DNA from: Mobula birostris
Lineage: Eukaryota
Length of the DNA: 64,000 nucleotides
NCBI RefSeq assembly: GCF_030028105.1
Contig: NC_092390.1
Location: forward strand, 16,214,507 to 16,278,506
Direction: 5' to 3'
Part shown: positions 49,575 through 60,010 of the stretch, piece by piece
Position numbering within the stretch: the stretch's first letter is position 1
Layout: each line of letters opens with the position of its first letter
Program-made: the position numbers and the translations under genes
The notes under the pieces: model-generated
Databases searched by the model: none
What the model saw: only the letters and a program-made list of their open reading frames with translations
What the model was told of the DNA's origin: nothing

Positions 49575-50190
49575 TCTCTTTTTTTATATATTCTTTTTAT
49601 TTTTTTATTACAAAAAAAACAACAAAAATACAGCACATCCACAAAAACCACGACCTTAACAAAATCAAGTTAAATATTGAGCAGCAAAAGGGAGAAAAAT
49701 ATAAAGGCAAAAGTAAACATACACAGCAGAGGTGCACCGCACCAAAAATCCTCAGTCCTCACCCGTGAGAAAGTCCAATACAGGGCCCCATATCCTTTCA
49801 AAGATGTCCCTCTGTCCTCATTACACAGTCTCAGTTTCTCCAAATGTAGAGTATTTGCCAGTTCTCTCAGCCACAGATCGTACGTAGGCACAGAGTCCAT
49901 TTTCCACATTTGCAGGATTAACTTCTTAGCAGTCACCATTCCAAACAATACAGCCATTTTTTCATACATATTGGCTGAAGATGGGGAGCTTGTTGCTCAA
50001 AGGATGGCTATGAGCGGGTCTGGTTCCCACCGCTTCCCAAAAGCCTCAGAGAAACAGTGAAAAATACTTTTCCAGTATGCATAAAGCTTACAACATGACC
50101 AGAATGAATGTGACAAGTTATTGTTCACAGATTTACATCTATTACAAACTGGTGAAACATCAGGGTTGAAACTGTGCAACTTTTTTTGGA
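49575..50190 (-). mobile_element. L1/Tx1-clade LINE 3' end with CCHC-type knuckle
   Basis: CNRCK..LSHSFWSC..YW; AKKLILQMWK..PTYDLWLRE..LEKLR. Confidence 0.8.
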
Positions 50191-50905
50191 ATAATGGAGT
50201 CTATGTATTGTTTTAAACTGTATATTGTTTGTGGTTCTTAAAATAGAGAATTACTCTTAATTCTTTCCCCTTGTTATACCAGTTCTCTATCTTTCCAAGT
50301 ACTCCCATTATCAACTACTGCACATTCTAGTACAGAAATGGAAAAGTATTTTGGTGAGACCTGCTTGTACATCTAAGAAAGGATGTGCTGGCATTTGAGA
50401 GGGTACTGAGGAGGTCACAAGAATGATCACGGGAATAAAAGGGTTAATATAAGAGGAGCATTTGATGGCTGTAGGCCGGTACTTGCTGGAATTTAGAAGA
50501 ATGAGTGGGGAATCTTACTGAAACCTATCAAATATTGAAAGGCCTAGAGTGGATGTAGAGAGGATGTTTCCTATGGTGGGTGAGTTCAGGACCAGAGGGC
50601 ACAGCCTCAGAATAGACAACTGTCTCTTTAAAACAGAGATGAGGAGGAATTTCTTTAGGTGGAAGGTGGTCAATCTGAAATTCATTGCCACTGGCAGCTG
50701 TGCAGGCCAAGTCATTGGATATATTTAAAGCAAAGGTTGATAATTACTAAGGGCATTAGAGGTTATGAGTAGAAGGGAGAAGGTGCATAGTGTTGGTCTC
50801 TGCACCTTGTGTTAGAGTGTTATTTCAGCACGGTAACAGGCCCTGTCACCTCAACAAGCCTGCACCGCCCAATTACACCTGTGTGACCAATAATATACTA
50901 ACCTG

Positions 50906-51768
50906 CAACACACATCAAAGTCGCTGGTGAACGCAGCAGGCCAGGCAGCATCTCTAGGAAGAGGTACAGTCGATGTTTTGGGCCGAGACCCTTCGTCAGG
51001 ACTAACTGAAGGAAGAGCTAGTAAGAGATTTGAAAGTGGGAGGGGGAGGGGGAGATCCAAAATGATAGGAGAAGATGGAGGGGGAGGGATGGAGCCAAGA
51101 GCTGGACAGGTGATTGGCAAAAGGGATACGAGAGGATCATGGGACAGGAGGCCCAGGGAGAAAGAAAAGGGGGAGGGGGGAAGCCCAGAGGATGGGCAAG
51201 GGGTATAGTGAGAGGGACAGAGGGAGAAAAAGGAGAGAGAGAAAAAGAATGTGTGTATAAAAATAAATAACGGATGGGGTACGAGGGGGAGGTGGGGCAT
51301 TAGTGGAAGTTTGAGAAGTCAATATTACTCCCCCTTGTATCCCATCCGTTACTTATTTATACCACCTCCCCTTCGTGCCCCATCCATTATTTATTTATAT
51401 ACACAGATTCTTTTTCTCTCTCTCCTTTTTCTCCCTCTGTCCCTCTCACTATACCCCTTGCCCCTTTTCTTTCTCCCTGGGCCTCCTGTCCCATGATCCT
51501 CTCATATTCCCTTTTGCCAATCACCTGTCCAGCTCTTGGCTCCATCCCTCCCCCTCCTGTCTTCTCCTATCATTTTGGATCTCCCCCTCTCCCCCCAACT
51601 TTCAAATCTCTTACCATCTCTTCTTTCAGTTAGTTCTGACGAAGGGTCTCGGCCCGAAACGTTGACTGTACCTCTTCCTAGAGATGCTGCCTGGCCTGCT
51701 GTATTCACCAGCAACTTTGATGTGTGTTGCTTGAAATTCCAGCATCTGCAGATTTCCTCGTGTTTGCA
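50906..51768. mobile_element. Large fold-back Penelope-like 3' composite (about 400-bp arms) inserted into a V-SINE in DPCD intron 2
   Basis: Left arm is the minus copy and right arm the plus copy of the same 3' region. TSD AATATACT(A/G)ACCTG (50892-50905, 51769-51782). Hammerhead motifs at 50967-51004 (-, G12A-type mutation) and 51631-51668 (+). Confidence 0.9.
51631..51668 (+). ncRNA. Hammerhead motif with intact core and GUU triplet, sense to DPCD
   Basis: TAGTT CTGACGA A GGGTCTCGGCCC GAAACGTT GACTG. Stem I is retained through G-U pairs. Confidence 0.65.
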
Positions 51769-52169
51769 AATATACTGACCTGTACGTCTTTTGAATGTGG
51801 GAGGAAACAGGGGCACTTGGACAAAACCCACGTGGCCATGGGGTGAATGTAGAAACTCCTTACAGACAGCAGTGGGGATTGAACCCCGATCTTACAGCTG
51901 GTCCTGTCAGCTATGCGACTGTGCTGTGGTGTTGTGGTTACGGGAGTGATGTCATAGAGGCTGTCACTGTCTCAATAGTTACCTTTGTTCCTGTCTGCTC
52001 GGTAACACTTCATTACAGAATTAAACTCAGACACCATATTCAATCCAGATTAGGGCACTACGGAATACATACAGAGCCTGTATATGCATAGCCCATGTTT
52101 TACTGCACATTTTCTAATGGCTTCCATAGAATGTTGCATTTCCATTCACTTTAAGACCTTTGCTTGTAG

Positions 52170-52294
52170 TTAGAAAGTGGAAGCAGAAGACCACGCTGGG
52201 ATCCCCTGGACAGTGGCAATTCGAGGTGGGGGAAGCATACTCTCGAGCTGTCGGGAGTGTTGAGCAGCCGCTGATACAGGAGAGCAACAGCAAT
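52170..52294 (+). CDS. DPCD: DPCD exon 3 VRKWKQKTTLGSPGQWQFEVGE..LIQESNSN
   Basis: ttgtag| acceptor and AAT|gtaagt donor, 125 nt. Confidence 0.95.
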
Positions 52295-53047
52295 GTAAGT
52301 GCACGTAGAGCAAGTGGTTTCAATGACTCTGCCAAAGCATTTCAGGTTTATTTATGCGGGTGTACCTGTGGTACAAGGGTAGTCGGGTAGTTTCTGTAAG
52401 ATTAGGAATACCTGTCTACAAGGAGAGGGCAGGCATTCATAATTTTACAGAAACTACCTGACTTTCGTCTGTTGATAACCACCCATTCCTCGCTGACTTA
52501 AACAGAAACAAAAATCATTTGTCCCTTGAGTCTACTGCACTGGGTTCCACTTTCCTCCTGAGCCTTGTAACTTTGGATTTCATAGGAATCCAGAAACCCT
52601 TCCATCTTGGTTCGAGTAACTGGTGACGCCCACAACTCAAAGATGGAGAATTTTTAAGATTCACAGCTCCTTAACTGAAAAATAATTCCTTTTTGACTTC
52701 ATCTTAAGTAGTTGGCCTTTTATCCTGAAACCATGTCCCTTGGTTTGAGAGTCCCCCCAGGGAAGGCATCAGTATCTGTTAATCCCCTCTCAAAATATTG
52801 TATTTTGGTAATATCACTTGCCTGTCATTCTTCTGAACTGCAGATTACGTTGTTTTAAAGTCAATATTTTATAAATGTGGAAACTTCCTAAAACTTTTTC
52901 TGCAGCTGTTGCACTTTATTCCACACAGTTACTGTTTTACGTTGTTCTGCCATGATGCACTGTGTAATAATTTGATCTGTATGAACAGTTATGCAAGCTT
53001 TTCACTGTACATTGATGCATGTGACAATAGTAAACCAATTCCAGTAA

Positions 53048-53209
<162 letters not shown>

Positions 53210-53424
53210 TAATCAGTCTATGGTTCAGGCATGAATTGGTTGAGCCAGTTTTCTTCTGTGGTGTTGCAATCCATCTTATGTCCATGCCAAGGGTGGCTCC
53301 TCTTTTGAGCACTCCCTGTGTGTGGGATAGCAAGGTTGGCTGATTAGGTACCTTATAAAATGGCTAATCAAGTAGCTGCAACTCAATGCATAAAAACACG
53401 TAGACATCTCTAAGATAAATCCTG

Positions 53425-54800
53425 CAGATGCTGGAAATCCAAAGCAACAGACACAAAATGCTGGAGGAACTCAGCAGGTCAAGCAGCATCTATGGAAATG
53501 AATATACAGTTGACATTTTGGCTGAGACCCTTCAAAAGGTCTAGAAAGGAAGGGGAAGACACCAGAGTAAAAAGATGGGGAGAGGGGAAGGGGGACAAGT
53601 TAGAAGGATATTGTTGGTGGGAAAGATAAAGGGTTGGAGATGAAGGAATCTGATAGGAGAGGAAACTAGACCGTGGGAGAAAGGGAAGGAGGGAGGAGGG
53701 GCACTGAGGGAGGTGATGGGCAGGTGAGAAAAGGTACAAGAAAGGGGAGGGAATTTTTTTTACTGCAAGGAGAAATCAGTATTCATGCCATTTGGTCGGA
53801 GACTACCCAAATGTAATGTATACACACAATATGCTGGAGGAGCTCAGCTGATCAGGCAGCATCAATAGAAATGAATAAACCCTTTTTCAGGACTGAAAAG
53901 GAAGGGGGAAGACACCAGAATAAAAAGGTAGGGGGTGGGGAGAAGAAAAGCTATAAGATGATAGTTGAAGCTAGGTGGATTGGAATGATAAGGGGCTGGA
54001 GAAAAATAAATCTGATAGGAGAGGAGAGTGGGCCATAGGAGAAAGGGAAGGAGGAGAGGACCCAGGGGGAGATTATAGGCAAGTTAAAAGAGGTGGGCGG
54101 CCAGAGTGGGGAATAGAAGAAGAGGGAAAGGAGAGGGAATTTTTTTCGGGAAGGAGAAATCAATATTCATGCCATCAGGTTGGAGGCCACCCAGACGGAG
54201 TATAAGGTGGTGGTCTCCACCATGACGGTGGCTTCATCTTGACACATGAGGGGAAGGTGGACCCATATGTCAGAACAGGAATGGGATTCAGAATTAAAAC
54301 ATTTGCCCACTGGGAAGTTCCACTTTTGGTGGATGGAATGAAGGTGCTCGATGGAGTGGTCCCCCAATTTACGACGGGTCTCACCTATGTACAGGAGGCC
54401 ACTTTGGATGCACCTGAAACAATAGACAACCCCAGCAGGTGAAGTGTTGCCTCACCTGGAAGGACTGTTTGGAAACCTGAATGGAGGCGAGGAAAGAGGT
54501 CAATGGGCTGGTGAGGCACTTCGGCCTCTTGTGGGGATAAATGTTGGTAGGGAGGTTAGTTGAGAAACGAATGGATAAGGAAATCAGAGAGGGAGCGATC
54601 CCTGTGGAAATCGTAGAGTGATGGGGGGAGGTAAAGATATGTTTACTGGTGGGATCCTTTCAGAGATGGCAGAAGTTGCGGAGGATGATGTACTACATGG
54701 GGAAGCTGATGGGTGGTAGGTAAAGAAGAGGACCTCTATCACTGTTAAGGCGGCAGGAAGATGGACGTCCAAGACATGGCGGAGATGTGGTTGAGGGCAA
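53425..54800 (-). mobile_element. Two adjacent decayed Penelope-like copies; the second retains GIY-YIG remnants (YIGETRRKLGDH..EHL)
   Basis: Tail, body and purine-rich region appear twice. Degenerate endonuclease coding sequence at about 54160-54480. Confidence 0.75.
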
Positions 54801-55710
54801 CATCAATGGAGTTTCAGTTGTTCAGAAAAAACATCAGATTGGGGAAGGAATGTGATCTAAATGACTCTGATCGTGGAATGATTGTTGGACCAGAAGTGGT
54901 GGTTTGAGTATCCCAGACACTGTTAATCTCCTGGAATTTTCACACACAAGCCTCCAGAGTTTACAGAGAATGGTGCGAGAAACAAAAAGCATCCCATCAG
55001 CGTGGCAGTTCTATGGGCAAAAATGCCTTAGTAATGAGAGAAGTCAGAGGAAAATGGCCAGACTGGTTCAAGCTGACAGGAAGGCAGAAGTGTTGAGAAG
55101 GTATGTGTTACAACAGCGTTGTGCAGAAGAGTATCTCTGAATACACGTGTGGATGGGCTTCAGGAGGTACCTAATAAAGTGGCCACTGAGTGTGATAATA
55201 AAGCTGATTGTGATTCTGAATTCTGTCTGTAGATTAGTGGCCAAGTACACTGAAGGCAGATTTTCAGATGTTTTTGGGGGTGGGATGGTCAAGGGATATT
55301 GACTAAACAGAAAAGTAGCACTGACGTTAGGATCAGATTGATTTTATCTGATTGAATAGTGTGGCAGGTACAAGGGGCCAAATGGCTGGCACCTGCTTCT
55401 GCTTTTAACACTAAATAACAATCTGCATGTTGCCCAACATACTGTGCACATTTCTGCACCTGAACTCATTCTTCCACTTGGTTATCATCACCAACGCCCC
55501 AAATAAGCAGATAGAGTTGTGACTGGGAGATCCGTATCCTGACGAAACTGTTCCCCAACAACAGTCCATGAACCATATACACCACCTCTCTATTTTGCTC
55601 TGTTTAGGCACTATTTGTTTATTTATTTTTTATTTCTTATTGTGACTTCTGGTGACATAGTAACTTTTTAATGTGTTGCACCGTTACTGCAAAAGAAGTT
55701 TCACGATATA

Positions 55711-56116
55711 CACGCACTGGTCACTTTATTAGATACACCTGTAGACCTGCTTGTTAATGCAAATATTGAACTAGCCAATCATATGGCAGCAATTCAATGC
55801 ACAGAAACTTGCAGACATTCAGGTTCAGTTGTTATTCAGACCAAACACAAGTCTCTAGAGCTTAGAGAGTGGTGTGGAAGATTAAAAACAACCTCATGAG
55901 TGGCAGGTCTGTGGGTGAAAACACCTTGTTATTGAGAGAGGTTAGAGGGGAATGTCCAGACTGTTCAAGCTGACAAGAAGGTGACAGTAACTCAAACAAA
56001 TATGTTACAACAGTGGTGTGCAGAACATCTATGAACCTTGAAGTGGATGGGTTACAGCAGCAGAAAAACTTGCACTGGGTTCCACTCCTAAATCTAGTTA
56101 AAGTAGCCACTGAGTG
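55711..56116. mobile_element. Non-autonomous Tc1/mariner element (second partial copy at about 54806-55192)
   Basis: TIRs CAC(G/T)CA(C/G)TGG(T/C)CACTTTATTAG.. / ..TAAAGTAGCCACTGAGTG with TA on both sides. Tc1-like internal remnant. Confidence 0.75.
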
Positions 56117-56239
56117 TAGAATCAACTGCCATGGTTGTGTAGCATTGAAGAAAGCCCTTCGGTCCATCTTGCCTATACCGACCATGGTGCCCACCAAGCC
56201 GGTTCTATTTGACAGTGCTTGGCCCATGTCCCTCTAAAC

Positions 56240-56319
56240 CAGGGGTTTTCAACCTGGGGTCCACGGACCACTTGCTTAATGGTATTGGTCCAGGGCATAA
56301 AAAAGGTTGGGAATACCTG
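56240..56319. mobile_element. 80-bp hAT (Charlie-type) MITE (older copy at 23252-23332)
   Basis: TIRs CAGGGGTTTTCAACCT / AGGTTGGGAATACCTG. Perfect 8-bp TSD CTCTAAAC (56232-56239, 56320-56327). Confidence 0.85.
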
Positions 56320-57456
56320 CTCTAAACCTTTCCTATTCATGTATTTCTAGTCTCAAGCAGTTCTAAATGCACACCCATCTCTGTATGAAGAAATTTCTTC
56401 TTGGGTCCTTTTAAACTTTTTCACCTCTCGCCCTAAACCGATGTCGTCTTCTTTTTAGCACCTGCTCCCCAGGAAAAAGTGTGTGCATTCACCCTGCATA
56501 TGCCCGTCATTATTTATCCACATTCTATAAGGAGACTCCTCAGACTTGCAGCCTGAGCCCACTGAACTCCTCCCTATAACCCAGGCCCTCAAGTGTTAGC
56601 AGCACCCTCGTAAGTTCTCCATTCAGTGGACAAGAAGGCTGTAAGCAGTTATTTATACCATGACTCATGAGTGATTAGTGCTCCAGATTCCAGCAGCTAT
56701 CGGAGCCTGACCCTACGGTACTCACAGTATCAAGTCTAAGCTACTCCAGTATCCAGTTCACTGCAGACAATCTGGTCAACGTCCCGTCCTCTTAGCAGAA
56801 GGTTAAGCTGCTCCTAAATTTCTTAAATGACTTAATTCAGAAACAATTGCTGTGAAATACATTAGGATATCTTGGGGAACTCAGCTAATTGAGTTGTGTT
56901 GAAGCAACAACTTGCACTTAATGTCAATAAGACCAAAGAACTGATTCTAGAGATGTACCTTGGGGAGCATTGTAACTGGCTGGATCACTGTCTGGTATTG
57001 GGGGGTGAGGGCTACTGCCTAGGATCAAAGTAAGCTGCAGAGAGTTGCAAACTTAGTCATCTCCATCAATGGCACTAGCCTCCGTAGTATCGAGGACATC
57101 TTCAAGGAGCAATGCCTCAAAGAGGCTGTGTCCCTCATTAAGGACCTCCATCACCCAGGTCACGCCCCCTTTTCATTACTGTCATCAGGAAGGAGGTACA
57201 GAAACGTGAAGGCACACACTCAATGATTCAGGAATACCATCCGATTTCTGAATAGACATTGAACCCATGAATACTACCTCAATGCTTTTTAATTTCCATT
57301 TTTGCATTACTTATTTAATTTAACGATAATATATATATTTACAGTAATTCATGTTATTTGGTGCTATCAGATACAATCCGTATTTGTTCTTTGAACACGT
57401 GTCACACTTGTATAAATGCAGGTTTTTTGTTGCTAACGGACTCTTTCTGATTCCAG

Positions 57457-57559
57457 GTATTTCAAGAAGTTCAACATTCCTGATATGGACCGCTGCTGCC
57501 TCCTGCTGGACAGTTCTGCACTCAGCTTCACACATGCCAACAACACCCTCATCATCACA
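57457..57559 (+). CDS. DPCD: DPCD exon 5 KYFKKFNIPDMDRCCLLLDSSALSFTHANNTLIIT
   Basis: ttccag| acceptor and ACA|gtgagc donor, 103 nt. Confidence 0.95.
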
Positions 57560-58607
57560 GTGAGCACATTACACTTTCCATACAGCTCTCTCTGAGACGG
57601 CAGGGGCTCAGCTGCTTTAGATATTTAAATCATTCCATGTCAGGCATAGTTCAAGGCTGTTAGCTCTGTGAACTCGTGGAAATGGAAAACCAGTAGCGAG
57701 AGATTCAGTTAGATCGTGAATGGAGGACACTGTCCAATCCTGGTCATTCTGACTTAGGAACAATATGAAGGCCCAGTAAATATTTACTGGAATAATTATG
57801 GGGATGAGGGATTTCAGCTCCTCGATTAGACCTGTGGAACTGTGCTCCTCAGGCCTAACCCTGATCTTAGGGTAGGTTATAAAGTTAGCACAACATTGTG
57901 GGCCAAAAGGCCTGTTATGTCCTGTAGAAATATAGAACATAATTCTATGTTCTGTGTTTTTCTTGGAGCAGACAGGTTGAAATATGATTTGATACAGGTG
58001 GATAGATCAGGACTAGTTTAGAGTTGAAAGCCATTCCATTTGGCAGCATAGTGACCAGCCTAACGCTGTACAGTGCCAGTGAGCCAGGTTCACAGGAGAA
58101 CATACAAACTCTCTACAGGCAGTGGCAGGAGTTGAACCCAGGTTGTTGGCACTGTTAACAGTATTGTGCTCTGCTATGCCAGCATGCCACCCTGTCTGCT
58201 TTCCTTTAGTGGTTTGCCTCCATCTATCACCCAGCTGCCTCTGTCTCCTAACTCCACCCCTCCCCTACCTGTCTCAATCCATCACTGCTCCTCAGTCCAC
58301 ACTCATCTCCAGCCCTTGACCATCTCCCCAATCCACTCTCGGTTCTCATTTAAACCCAAGATATCGATGATTCCTTTAACCCCCCCCCCCCCCCGATGCT
58401 GCTTGACCCACTGGGATCCTCCAGCAGATTATTGTCCACATGTCTTTGAAAGGTAGACCTCAGGCTACAGTTTCTGTGTCCAGCCTGAGGGAATGAAGTT
58501 GGGCATGATTGAGGGTGAGTTGGTAGCTTAAAAGCAACTGAAGAGATGTGGTGGTTGGGGCTTAATTTTAAATGCATTAACTGGGTATTTTCCTTCCCTC
58601 TCATCAG

Positions 58608-58712
58608 TATCAGAAGCCGACTGCAATCTTGAAGCTGGAACAGGAGGTGGTGCAAGAACTGAAGAAGATGAAAGTGGCTGAGGATGGAGATGTGGAGTGT
58701 AAAACACAATGA
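58608..58712 (+). CDS. DPCD: DPCD exon 6 YQKPTAILKLEQEVVQELKKMKVAEDGDVECKTQ*
   Basis: ccctctcatcag| acceptor, TGA stop. Total CDS is 612 nt = 203 aa, the same length as human DPCD as recalled. Confidence 0.95.
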   Translation, partial: YQKPTAILKLEQEVVQELKKMKVAEDGDVECKTQ

Positions 58713-58782
58713 CCACAGCACCCACTGGCATTCTACCTCTTGTAGTTGGGCCTGCCATTCCAAATCCACTTTTCAGCACTGT

Positions 58783-58788
58783 ATTAAA
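58783..58788 (+). terminator. Candidate DPCD polyadenylation signal ATTAAA
   Basis: First hexamer after the stop, 70 nt downstream and just before repeat-derived sequence begins. Confidence 0.4.
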
Positions 58789-59688
58789 ACATTCAGTTAC
58801 GTTTCTAATGCAGAGCACCTTTGCATCGGATTGTAGAACGTAGAACAGTATAGGCCCTTCAGACAACATTTTATCCTACTTCACAGCCAATCTTACCTTT
58901 CCCTCTATAGCTCTCTGTTTTACTCTCAGCCATGTGCCTATCTGAGTCTCTTACATATCTCTAATGTATATGTTTCCATTCCTGGCAGGGTGTTCCATGA
59001 TCCCACCTATATATTAAAGAAAAACCTACCCCTGACATCCCCCACCTCAATCACCATAAACCACCCCCTCACACCAGCCATTTCTGATCTGTGATTAGTT
59101 GCATCAATGTTGGATATGGTCACAGCATTCATCTCCTGAGCCCTCAAACCACTCCACAATTTCAAGTCAGTTGTTTGCTGGGTTACTCTGCCCAGCTCTG
59201 TAACTGTTGTACAAATAAGTAATTAACTTTATTTATCATATACATTCACATGTATTAGGAATTTGCTGCAGTGTGTTGGTCAGGGTGTGTCGTGCAACAA
59301 AAACAACAACATTCAAGTTATATTGAATAAAAAAATTTAAAATATAAAGTTAGAGATTAAAGTACAGTAATGGAATAAATATGCATAAATACCAGCTTGT
59401 AGTTACAATGTAAACAGCATTATAAAAAGTGGTTTAAAGTGTAAAGTGCAGTGATGTGGGTAACAGAATTGTTGATAAATTTATTGATAGATTTGCATTA
59501 CAACAGCTCCCTGTGAAACACAGTGTCATGTCTGAGACAAGGCCGTGTTATTTCGAAATGCAAGGCTTTATTTATAAAAATGCTTGCAAACATCAGAACA
59601 TTGTTACAGCCCTTGGCAGCTTCTGTACATACACAAATGCAGTTACAGATGACATTTTGTGCAACACTTATTCACAGGTCATATAAAA

Positions 59689-59694
59689 TTTATT
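59689..59694 (-). terminator. Candidate FBXW4 polyadenylation signal AATAAA (alternative at 59567-59572)
   Basis: TTTATT on the + strand, about 180 nt past the FBXW4 stop in unique AT-rich sequence. Confidence 0.4.
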
Positions 59695-59875
59695 GGAAAT
59701 AAAGACCTCTTTCTCTTTATATTTAAAAAAAAAGCCACAAAAGGTGAATTTTTAAAGGGACTGCTGAGTTAGATGGGTGAAGGCATGGTTTCCATCTCAT
59801 CTGCCAAGTATGCTGGATACCTGTTGACTTCAGAAGCGCCATTCCAGAGATGTCTCACGTTATGCCAAATGCCAT

Positions 59876-60010
59876 TTATTTTGCAAGCCATGAGTCCGCA
59901 GATGTAAAATCCAGTGTATAAAGTGCATGGGCTAAGGCAGCATAGAGGTGCGAGGTAGTGAATCGCAGGCAGTACACAGGGCTGCTGCTGGGGCAAGAGA
60001 GGAAGAACAT
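59876..60010 (-). CDS. FBXW4: FBXW4 terminal exon MFFLSCPSSSPVYCLRFTTSHLYAALAHALYTLDFTSADSWLAK*
   Basis: cccctccag| acceptor, 135 nt. Matches human SSPVYCLRLTTKHLYAALSYNLHVLDF. Confidence 0.93.
   Translation of the reverse strand: MFFLSCPSSSPVYCLRFTTSHLYAALAHALYTLDFTSADSWLAK

Noticed and set aside
52381-52400. Similarity of the hairpin arm GGTAGTTTC to miR-196
   Set aside because: Only 9 nt are shared, the rest differs, and the locus is not a Hox cluster.
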